Shown one piece after another: positions 1-8,010 of a stretch of DNA of 36,582 nt (position 1 is its first letter; every line of letters starts with the position of its first letter). The stretch is from Nitrospinales bacterium. Lineage in GTDB: Bacteria; Nitrospinota; Nitrospinia; Nitrospinales; JAJDAT01. A program made the position numbers and the translations under genes. The stretch covers positions 1 through 36,582 of the forward strand of contig JBHHYO010000019.1 of the NCBI GenBank assembly GCA_046757665.1, given 5' to 3'. Below the pieces are notes generated by a model. That model made no database searches. It was not told where the DNA came from and was given only the letters and a program-made list of their open reading frames with translations.

Positions 1-69
1 CGAAGGACAACGTCAACGCCACTTGAGTTTTATAAGGTTTCAGGTAACCTAGTACGCGGGTCAGCGATT

Positions 70-753
70 TCATGACTGATTTTTTTGATGAACAAATTTT
101 TTTAATTTTTGCAGGTATTCAACCAATTGATAAACCTTGGTAGACGGGTGGTTGTCCGTGTCGCTGGTTCTATGGTATTTCTCGACCTTTTTGGCATTCG
201 CAATTGCTGTAGGGAGCTTGCCTTTCGTTTTGGTAAAAATACCTTCCGATCTCTTTTGGTAATTCGGAATGTGTTTTTTAAGCTTGGAAATGAGTGTGTC
301 GCATGCCGATTTATTACCTGTTTTTGGAAATTTTCCTGTTGTATATTGAAAATGGAGAAGTAGCCAGAACTCAAAACAGGGAATCGACGTGATGGCATTC
401 ATGCTGTGGCCTTTTTTCAGGCGCATGTTTCTTATTTTTTCCAATGCTTGATTATATGATTGGTGAGAATCTAAATCGAACACACAATAAACGCGGTCAT
501 AGTCCCGGTCTTTATCATACAAATTTTTTGCAAAATTTACGACAGACACAGGAGACGAGTCGCATTCTCTCCCATAGACCTCAACATTTACTGAGGTTAG
601 GTTCAAAGAGCGCATCAGTTCTTTTAAATAATTAGGTTCGGTTTTGGCTCCCTCGCATACGATTAAAACCCGATCACGAGGGTCTCGCTGGGCTGTTCTA
701 CGCCTTAAGGACCCTGTTCCCCGGAATTTGTCTTTGTGGGGTTTTCTGGCCAT
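70..753 (-). CDS. rloB: RloB-family (TOPRIM-like) protein, AbiLii-like
   Basis: Motifs RVLIVCEGAKTEPNYL, YCVFDLD and SIPCFEFWLLLHF, with C-terminal PSTKVYQLVE, are typical of RloB. Starts 2 nt after the ATPase stop. AT-rich. Confidence 0.88.
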   Translation of the reverse strand: MARKPHKDKFRGTGSLRRRTAQRDPRDRVLIVCEGAKTEPNYLKELMRSLNLTSVNVEVYGRECDSSPVSVVNFAKNLYDKDRDYDRVYCVFDLDSHQSYNQALEKIRNMRLKKGHSMNAITSIPCFEFWLLLHFQYTTGKFPKTGNKSACDTLISKLKKHIPNYQKRSEGIFTKTKGKLPTAIANAKKVEKYHRTSDTDNHPSTKVYQLVEYLQKLKKFVHQKNQS

Positions 754-755
754 TG

Positions 756-2021
756 TTAGATTTTAAAATCGCCTATGAACGGCAAGGCCCCATAACGCCC
801 TTGGAGATAGCCCTTCGCAAGAGCCTCCCCTTTGCGGGGTTTGAAGTCGGATAGCGGATACAACTGGGTAGAATTGTGTTTATCTTTTTCAACGAACCAT
901 ACCTGGTCGCGGCGAAAAATTTCTTTATCCAACAAAGAGGTATCATGTGTTGCAAAAATAAGTTGCGAGTTTTTATTGTTAAGTTTGGGGTCATGAAAAA
1001 AGTTGATTAGGTACCGAACTAACAACGGGTGCAGACTGTTGTCAAGCTCGTCTACAACCAAAACATTTCCTTGAGCCAAAGTGTTTAATATAGGGCAAGC
1101 AATGGAGAATAGTTTTTGAGTTCCATCTGACTCATGACCAAAATCTAAGCCGATATTTTTTGTGGAACCTTTTACATTATGAAAAAAAATTATCTTCAAG
1201 TTTTCCTGTAAATCCGACCTGATTTGTTCTTTAATTTCTCTGGGCATACCTTTGGGTAAATATTTAAGGGAAAGTTTGTTTTTTTCCAAAGAAATATTAG
1301 CGATGCTTAAGTCCGCTTCATTCATAAACTTTATGACAAGGTTTTTCCCAGAGCTTTCCTCGCATAAACCTACCGTATAATCCGGTTGGAGAGTATGAAC
1401 TGAGGAAAAAATATTAAAAGCGCTATTAAACCAGTCGAACACCGGCATTAATTGTTCGTTGTTGAGTTGAATGGCTGTAGATAAAAACAGAGCGTTGTCT
1501 CGGGTAGCTTCTTGTAGGAATCGCTTTCTACTTTTGAATTTACTACCAAATTCCCACTTATCTCTTTGTGTGTTTGGATTAAATTTACGTTCAAACCAGC
1601 GTTGCGCCTTTCCTAGCGGATAAGCTAAAAGCCACTCATGGATAATACGACGAACATTGATTGCGAAGCCATATTGATAACGAATTCCTTTATGAATAAA
1701 AATAATTTCGAACTCACTAGGATGGGATTTTCGTGTCCTATCAAATAAAAAAGGTGTTGCGGGGATTTCATCCCCAGCTTGCTTTTCCTGTGCGGAGTTT
1801 ATTACAAATAGCCGCATAAACCACATTGCATGACAAAGGTTGCTTTTTCCCGCTGCGTTCGGACCATAAATTACGACGGAGCGCAACAAACGAGGAAATC
1901 CTTTTATGCCGGTATCAAAGGTATTTTCCTCTAACAATTCCTTTGAAGAATTAGCCACCAAACTGAGCGTCTGGGTCTCTCTGATTGATCGAAAATTAGT
2001 GACCTTGAATTCAATTAGCAT
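756..2021 (-). CDS. AAA_21/ABC-type ATPase (RloA/AbiLi-like)
   Basis: N-terminal MLIEFKVTNFRSI, Walker A GPNAAGKS, signature ESDGTQK, Walker B VLVVDELDNSLHP, ATHD, FRRDQVWFVEK and C-terminal YLQGRYGALP. Confidence 0.9.
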   Translation of the reverse strand: MLIEFKVTNFRSIRETQTLSLVANSSKELLEENTFDTGIKGFPRLLRSVVIYGPNAAGKSNLCHAMWFMRLFVINSAQEKQAGDEIPATPFLFDRTRKSHPSEFEIIFIHKGIRYQYGFAINVRRIIHEWLLAYPLGKAQRWFERKFNPNTQRDKWEFGSKFKSRKRFLQEATRDNALFLSTAIQLNNEQLMPVFDWFNSAFNIFSSVHTLQPDYTVGLCEESSGKNLVIKFMNEADLSIANISLEKNKLSLKYLPKGMPREIKEQIRSDLQENLKIIFFHNVKGSTKNIGLDFGHESDGTQKLFSIACPILNTLAQGNVLVVDELDNSLHPLLVRYLINFFHDPKLNNKNSQLIFATHDTSLLDKEIFRRDQVWFVEKDKHNSTQLYPLSDFKPRKGEALAKGYLQGRYGALPFIGDFKI

Positions 2022-2193
2022 GATTTAAACTCATAATTTTATTTATTAAAGTAATATTTTTGCAGAAAAACAGCAAAAAATCAATTTAAATTATAATTTT
2101 ATTAATTGAATAAAGATAGCGACATCTTGTGGGTGTTGCGGATAAAATATTTGCTATCATAAAACAAAACTTGTAGATGAAAGGACGAGACCC

Positions 2194-3144
2194 ATGGAAT
2201 ATCGACAACTCGGAAACAGCGACCTTGAAGTTTCGGCGCTGGGTTTCGGCTCCTGGGGCATCGGCGGCGCTCCCTTCTGGAACAACGAGGGCGACGCCGC
2301 GTCAACACGCGCCATCCGCAAGGCCTTCGACCTGGGGATCAATTTTTTCGACACCGCGCCGGTGTACGGCTTCGGCCATTCGGAAGAGCTTTTGGGGAAA
2401 GCGCTCAAACCGGTGCGCGATAAAGTCATTCTGGCGACCAAGTGCGGCTTGCGGTGGGAGAAGAAGGCCCTCGGCTCCATTCAGAAAATCGCCACCAAAA
2501 AATCCATCCTTGAGGAAATCGACCAAAGTCTGGCGCGATTGCAGACCGACCGCATCGACCTTTACCAAGTGCATTGGCCGGATGCCGGCACGCCGCAGGA
2601 AGAGACCATGGACGCCCTTTTGACGTTGCGCGAACAGGGCAAAATCCGTCACATCGGCGTCAGCAATTACACCGTGGGCATGATGGAGGAATGCCTGAAG
2701 TTCGGCCCCCTCGTATCCCTGCAACCCGAATACAGCCTGTTGCAACGCTCCATCGAAAAAGCAACCGTGCCCTTTTGCCTGAAAAACAATATCGGCATCA
2801 TCGCCTACAGTCCCCTGGCATCCGGCGTCCTCACGGGGAAATATGATGCAAACACCCGCTTCAAGGATTGGCGGAGCAAGGGAATACTTGGAGAGTTCAC
2901 CGGCGAGGCGTTCGCCAACAACATCGCCAGGGTCAACCGGTTGAAGGAAGTCGCCGACGCGGCGGGCAAAACCTGCGCCCAAGTGGCGATCAACTGGGCC
3001 ATCCACCAGCCGGGGCTGACCACGGCCCTGATCGGCGTCAAAAACGAACGCCAGATGGAAGACAACGCCAAGGCCGCCGGGTGGCGGCTCGAACCTCGAC
3101 ACCACGCCCGGCTCGAGGAAATTTTTGAGGTGGCCCCGGGTTGA
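2194..3144 (+). CDS. Aldo/keto reductase
   Basis: MEYRQLGNSDLEVSALGFG, FDTAPVYG, ATKC, IDLYQVHWPD, GKIRHIGVSN, YSPLASGVLTGK. Confidence 0.95.
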   Translation: MEYRQLGNSDLEVSALGFGSWGIGGAPFWNNEGDAASTRAIRKAFDLGINFFDTAPVYGFGHSEELLGKALKPVRDKVILATKCGLRWEKKALGSIQKIATKKSILEEIDQSLARLQTDRIDLYQVHWPDAGTPQEETMDALLTLREQGKIRHIGVSNYTVGMMEECLKFGPLVSLQPEYSLLQRSIEKATVPFCLKNNIGIIAYSPLASGVLTGKYDANTRFKDWRSKGILGEFTGEAFANNIARVNRLKEVADAAGKTCAQVAINWAIHQPGLTTALIGVKNERQMEDNAKAAGWRLEPRHHARLEEIFEVAPG

Positions 3145-3231
3145 TCCCTTGTTTTTTAAGGTCGATACAGTATAAAATTGTCCCTTGAATTTCGGCAGAC
3201 ATTCCAACGCTCATACTATGAGGCAATTTCC

Positions 3232-3675
3232 GTGAAAAACAACCGTGGATCCACCGCTTACCGAATTCTCATCTTCGTGGCGATTCTGGCCGCGGGCTAC
3301 GCTTGCAAAAACAGTAACGATACGCCAACCGGCCCAACCACCCTGCGACCGGGAAACAATACCAAAATGGTCATCATGACGAGCGTCGATTCCGTCAACT
3401 CCGTTGTGATCGACACAACGACGATTTTCACTCAAGACGTTAACCAGCCCATTTCCAAGGTCACGAAAGACCTGGAACTGACCTTGGGAAAGCATACGCT
3501 GAAAACCCTGTGCACCAATTCCGATCCGACGTTTGAATGCATGTTCAGCATTACTTTCACGGCGCATAACAACGACACCGAATACACGCCGTCCAGTTTT
3601 TCCATTACCTTGACACCTGCCGACGGCACGCAGAGCGACGATTTCGTCGTCAGCGTCAAGGCGGCCACGCTGTAA
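3232..3675 (+). CDS. Hypothetical lipoprotein, Thr/Ser-rich and beta-rich
   Basis: In-frame GTG at 3232 preceded by GAGG is preferred over the track start at 3178. Basic n-region, hydrophobic stretch, then AGYAC lipobox-like cysteine. Confidence 0.7.
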   Translation: MKNNRGSTAYRILIFVAILAAGYACKNSNDTPTGPTTLRPGNNTKMVIMTSVDSVNSVVIDTTTIFTQDVNQPISKVTKDLELTLGKHTLKTLCTNSDPTFECMFSITFTAHNNDTEYTPSSFSITLTPADGTQSDDFVVSVKAATL

Positions 3676-3681
3676 AAGGCA

Positions 3682-3966
3682 ATGTGCAAAAGCCGAACCT
3701 GCACGGTACTGCTTGCGCTGTGGCTACCCGCCTGCGCCGGACTCGACGCAAATCTGGAAAAAACCTATGCGGCGGGGTACAGCCCGGAGAAGTGCATCGC
3801 CAAGGCAAACGCGCTTATAAAGAAGAAGGAACTCGTATTCACCAGCGAGGACGTTTACCTGGGGCATTACGGCCCGCCGCGGCGGATGTACAAAAAGCGG
3901 GCGGAGGCGGAGCGTCGTTGCCGCCAGGCCGGACAAAACAAACAGCCGCGCAAACCCTCCAGCTAA
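3682..3966 (+). CDS. Small hypothetical lipoprotein
   Basis: ATG 6 nt after the previous stop; hydrophobic VLLALWLPAC lipobox-like motif; two further cysteines. Confidence 0.6.
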   Translation: MCKSRTCTVLLALWLPACAGLDANLEKTYAAGYSPEKCIAKANALIKKKELVFTSEDVYLGHYGPPRRMYKKRAEAERRCRQAGQNKQPRKPSS

Positions 3967-5054
3967 TCCCGGTTTAAAAACGCATAACCATTGGAGTGGC
4001 CGGGCACACGGATTTCCGCTCCCTTGGAATATCCCTTGAAGGTGCGAATCTCCTGGCCGGTCGCCACGTTCCAAAGCTTGACGCTTCTGTCTTCACTGCC
4101 GGAGAGGATGCGATTTCCGTCAGGGGAAAAGGCCAGGGTATTGATCCCGCCCTCATGCCCGATGAACGTACGAATCTCCTGGCCGGTCGCCACGTTCCAG
4201 AGTTTGATTTCACCGTCTTCCGCCCCGGAAAGCGCCTGGCGTCCGTCCGGAGAAAAGACAACGGCCTTGATGCCATCCAGGTAGCCGCCCGAATGCCCGA
4301 TAAAATCGCGGACCTCCACGCCGGTCGCAAGGTTCCACAGCTTGAGCTTATTGTCACCGCCGCCGGAAAGCGCCTGAACTCCGTTGGGCGAAAAAGCCAC
4401 GGAGGAAACCCGGCCGCTGTCCGCCTCCCAGGTACGCACCATTTCCCCGGAAACCATATCCCAAAGCTTGAGAGTATGATCCCAACTAACGGAAACCGCC
4501 TGCTTGCCGTCCGGAGAAAAAGCCACCGCGAGCACCTGGCCGGAGTGACCCTCAAAAACGCGGATCTCCTTGCCCGTGGCAACCTCCCAAAGCCTGAGAG
4601 TATGATCCAGGCTCCCGGAAAGCGCCTGGCTTCCGTCCGGAGAAAAAGCCACCGAATGCACCTTGCCCAAATGTCCATGGAAGGTCCGTATCAGCTTGCC
4701 CGTGGCGATATTCCAAAGCTTGACCTTCCTGTCCCCGCCTCCCGAAAGCGCCAAATGGCCATCCGGCGAGATGGCAATGGAAGAAACCCGGCCGATGTGC
4801 CCCCGGAATGTGCGTAACCTCGTGCCTGTCATCACATCCCACAGCTTCAGGGTATGATCCCAGTTGCCGGAAAGCGCCTGGCGTCCGTCCGGAGAAAAAG
4901 CGACCGACCCCACCCACGAGATCGGATAGTCCCGGAATTTTTCTGACGACCCACACCACCCCTCCGTGGGCAAGATAAGCAAAACTCCGAAAAGCAACAC
5001 CATGGGAACTACCGAATACAGGCTTCGTTTTCTTTGAACATTTAAATTTCCCAT
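3963..5054 (-). CDS. Exported WD40-repeat protein (7-blade beta-propeller)
   Basis: Seven repeats of GHxxxVxSVAFSPDGxxALSGxxDxxxKLWN/D. ATG at 5054 is preceded by AGGAGGA. Hydrophobic signal or anchor VVPMVLLFGVLLIL. Confidence 0.9.
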   Translation of the reverse strand: MGNLNVQRKRSLYSVVPMVLLFGVLLILPTEGWCGSSEKFRDYPISWVGSVAFSPDGRQALSGNWDHTLKLWDVMTGTRLRTFRGHIGRVSSIAISPDGHLALSGGGDRKVKLWNIATGKLIRTFHGHLGKVHSVAFSPDGSQALSGSLDHTLRLWEVATGKEIRVFEGHSGQVLAVAFSPDGKQAVSVSWDHTLKLWDMVSGEMVRTWEADSGRVSSVAFSPNGVQALSGGGDNKLKLWNLATGVEVRDFIGHSGGYLDGIKAVVFSPDGRQALSGAEDGEIKLWNVATGQEIRTFIGHEGGINTLAFSPDGNRILSGSEDRSVKLWNVATGQEIRTFKGYSKGAEIRVPGHSNGYAFLNRD

Positions 5055-5150
5055 GGCCCTTCCTCCTCTTAAAAGAGAACCCCTTGTATTGGGTTTCAAA
5101 CCTGCCCTTTCAGCGCACAGGTCAAAAAGCGGAGAATCCGGTTCCCCGCC

Positions 5151-5165
5151 GCAAAAGCCCTTCCA
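5151..5165 (-). promoter_or_regulatory. Possible sigma54 (-24/-12) promoter for the WD40 gene
   Basis: Minus strand TGGAAGGGCTTTTGC has correct GG-N10-GC spacing and 2 mismatches to TGGCACGNNNNTTGC; about 97 nt upstream of the ATG. Confidence 0.35.
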
Positions 5166-5212
5166 TCTATTTTACTCCACGAAAAATCAGGAAAGGAAAA
5201 ATAATCTCAATC

Positions 5213-5260
5213 CCGCACTTTTATGCGGATAACCCGTGAGATTTCCATCTGCTCTCACGG
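5213..5260 (-). terminator. Tandem hairpins downstream of the sigma54 activator gene
   Basis: CCGTGAGA(5234-5241)/TCTCACGG(5253-5260) and CCGCA(5213-5217)/TGCGG(5224-5228) lie just after the stop at 5268. The U-tract is not immediately adjacent. Confidence 0.35.
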
Positions 5261-5267
5261 TCCCGGA

Positions 5268-7982
5268 TTAATCGAAACTGTGGCGCACCAGATCCTCAAC
5301 CGAGGCGTGATATTGAATGGGAAGGTTTTTTGCCCGCTTGAGGGCATCCATGACAGCCTCCTCCGCCGTTGTAAACTCCCTGGCGGTCTGGATCAGGTTG
5401 TCATGGTATTCGGCGATTCTCTGCAAAACCAAATCGTAAGAGTTGCCGCCGCGGCAGATTTCACGCGCCGTTTTTTCCCGGTCCAGCCGGTTTTTCACCA
5501 GCAAATCGAAACAGATGCCCTTGAACCGGGACGCCACGGTGTTGCGGCTCATGTTAAGCCGCACGGCGGTTTCCTTGATTTCGAAACGGTTCTCCCTCAG
5601 GGCGCCCAACAAAATCTCGTCCCCTTCCCGGCCCGTAACCGTTTTGCGCGATCCCGCCGGGACGCCATTCTCCGCTTCCAGCCCCAGGTCTTTTTCCCGG
5701 ACCAACTCGGTTTCGCAAAGCGTGATGCCGCGCTGAACGATGTTTTCCAGTTCACGAATGTTGCCGCGCCAGGGATGATTCAACAGCGTCTCCATCGCCC
5801 GGTCGGAAATGCCCTGGATGTTCTTGCCGTATTCGGCCCGGTACCGTTCCATGAAATGCCGCACCAGGATGGGGATATCCTCCTTCCTCTCGCGCAACGC
5901 CGGCAAGGTCACGGTGATGGTGTTCAACCGGTAGTACAGGTCATCGCGGAACCGGCCGGCGGCGATTTCCTCCTGAAGGTTTTTGTGCGTTGCGGCAACG
6001 ATGCGGACATCGACCTTAAACGCCGTCCCGCCCACCGGCTGAACCTCCTTGTCCTGCAACACCCGCAACAGCTTGACTTGAATATCCTTGCCGACGTCGC
6101 CGATCTCGTCGAGGAACAGGGTGCCCTCGTCGGCTTCGGCGAATTTTCCCTTTTGGGTGGAGACGGCGCCGGTGAACGCGCCACGGGCATGACCAAACAG
6201 CTCGCTCTCCACGAGAGCCTCGGGAATCGCCGCCATGTTGACGGCAATGAACCGCTTGTCCCGTCTGCCGCTCAACTGGTGCAAGGCACGGGCGAACAGT
6301 TCCTTGCCCGTCCCCGACTCGCCGAGAATCAATATAGCCGACGTCACGCCCGCCGACTGCTTGAGGGTGCGGAACATTTCCAAAACCTCCCGGTTTTGCG
6401 TGATGATGCCGAATTGCAGACATTCCGCCCTCAACCGCTCAAGCTCGCCTTCCATCCGCACTTCGTCAAAGGAAATATGGACGCGCAAATCCAGTACCTT
6501 GTTTTCCAGTTCCCGGCGCTCTTTTTGCAATCTTTCCTTGTCTTCCAGAACCAGTTGCAGATTGTGTTGCAGGCCGGCGATTTTTTGCGTCTGCTCCTCG
6601 CCACGCCGGCGGCCCTTTTCGATGCCCTCGCGCATCTCATGCAACAGCAGGCCGATTTTTTCCAGCTCCTCCTCCTTGCGCGACAGGTTCGCCGAAATGG
6701 ATTCCAGATGCGACTCCACGCGGCGCTTTTCCTTCAGGAGAACGTCGGAGATGCCTTTTTCCTCCTCCGTCCGGTAAACGGAAACCAGCAGGGCCGTCAG
6801 CGCCATGGCAAACAGGGGCGTAAACAGCGGCGCCACCCATCCCGCGTTGAACAGCGCCAGATTGACCGCCGGATACCCCGCGGCCAGCGACAGAAACAAA
6901 CCAGCCTGGGAAAAATAACTCCGCCGCCCGAAAACCGCCGCCGTCGCCAGACACAACAATAAAATCAGCGTATGATCGGTGGACTTGTGAGTCTCCCTTA
7001 AAAAGTTGCGCGTCAGCAGGGTGTTGATGATGTTGGCGTGAATGCCGCCGCCGGGAAAATCCTTTTCGATGGGAATGGGTTTGATGTCGTGCCCGGATAG
7101 CGTATTGGACACCAGCACCAGCCTGCCGCGCAAGTCCTCGCCCCGGTCGGACGGCCCGTCGGCAAGAACGGACGCGAAGGAAGCGTGCTTGAAAGTTTCC
7201 GTCCAGCGGCCGGCGTAGTTGATGAGCATCTGCCCCTTGTCGTCGATGGGGATGCGAAGATCGACGCTTTCCCCCGTTTCCGGAAACCGCGCCCGCTCCA
7301 ATATAATGTATCCCTTGACCACCCCGACACCGGACGCGGGAACGCTCAAGTAGTTCAAAACCGCTTGCAAGGCCAGCGACGGCATCAGCTCTCCCCCATA
7401 GCGCACGAGCAGGGGAACGCGGCGCACCACGCCGTCGGCGTCGCGGTTGGCGGCAATGTGGCCCAGCGCTCCGGCCTCCAGCGCCAACTGCGGCAGAGGC
7501 AGGATCGCATCGCCCACGGCAAAAAAATCCGCGGCGGCGGGGGACGAGGAAATACCGTTTTTCAAGGAAAGCCCGTCGGCCCGCGCTCCCACCGTGTCCG
7601 CTGACTCCGACAAACTCACGGCGGCGGGAAAGATCACGTTGCCGGCGCTTTTCACGGCGCCGACCAGGGCCAGGTCGGAATTATGGTCGTCGGGCCGGGC
7701 GAACAAGATATCGTAGGCGATCACCCCGGCGCCCCGGCTGTTCAGAAAGTCAATCATCGCCGCGTGCACGGAGCGGTCCCAGGGCCAGCGGCCATAGCGC
7801 GCCGCGGCGGCATCGTCGGCATCCACCATCACCAGCGCCGGGGCGGTCTCGATGGCGCCGCGCAGGCGGAGCCGGAAATCGTAGGTCTTCAACTCCCACG
7901 ACCGGAACAGATCGTCCAGCCCGGCGGCCAGCACAATCGCAATCAACGCCCCGCCCAGTCCCAGCAATAATTGTTTTTTCAT
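5268..7982 (-). CDS. Membrane-bound sigma54-dependent activator with CHASE2 sensor domain
   Basis: N-terminal TM; CHASE2 motifs ([50 protein letters not shown]); three TM helices; coiled coil; Walker [48 protein letters not shown]; Fis-like [16 protein letters not shown]. Confidence 0.92.
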   Translation of the reverse strand: MKKQLLLGLGGALIAIVLAAGLDDLFRSWELKTYDFRLRLRGAIETAPALVMVDADDAAAARYGRWPWDRSVHAAMIDFLNSRGAGVIAYDILFARPDDHNSDLALVGAVKSAGNVIFPAAVSLSESADTVGARADGLSLKNGISSSPAAADFFAVGDAILPLPQLALEAGALGHIAANRDADGVVRRVPLLVRYGGELMPSLALQAVLNYLSVPASGVGVVKGYIILERARFPETGESVDLRIPIDDKGQMLINYAGRWTETFKHASFASVLADGPSDRGEDLRGRLVLVSNTLSGHDIKPIPIEKDFPGGGIHANIINTLLTRNFLRETHKSTDHTLILLLCLATAAVFGRRSYFSQAGLFLSLAAGYPAVNLALFNAGWVAPLFTPLFAMALTALLVSVYRTEEEKGISDVLLKEKRRVESHLESISANLSRKEEELEKIGLLLHEMREGIEKGRRRGEEQTQKIAGLQHNLQLVLEDKERLQKERRELENKVLDLRVHISFDEVRMEGELERLRAECLQFGIITQNREVLEMFRTLKQSAGVTSAILILGESGTGKELFARALHQLSGRRDKRFIAVNMAAIPEALVESELFGHARGAFTGAVSTQKGKFAEADEGTLFLDEIGDVGKDIQVKLLRVLQDKEVQPVGGTAFKVDVRIVAATHKNLQEEIAAGRFRDDLYYRLNTITVTLPALRERKEDIPILVRHFMERYRAEYGKNIQGISDRAMETLLNHPWRGNIRELENIVQRGITLCETELVREKDLGLEAENGVPAGSRKTVTGREGDEILLGALRENRFEIKETAVRLNMSRNTVASRFKGICFDLLVKNRLDREKTAREICRGGNSYDLVLQRIAEYHDNLIQTAREFTTAEEAVMDALKRAKNLPIQYHASVEDLVRHSFD

Positions 7983-8010
7983 AATGCAGTTGACAGTGAC
8001 CGGTTCTTGT

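Noticed and set aside
1-69. Possible 3' end of an upstream plus-strand gene
   Set aside because: Too short to assign a frame or product.
4040-4910. Roughly 126-bp periodic DNA repeats that could be taken for a CRISPR array or tandem repeat
   Set aside because: They are the in-frame WD40 blade repeats, with no unique spacers and no cas genes.
5223-6962. 579-aa plus-strand ORF
   Set aside because: Antisense shadow of the sigma54 activator in GC-rich DNA, with no motifs of its own.
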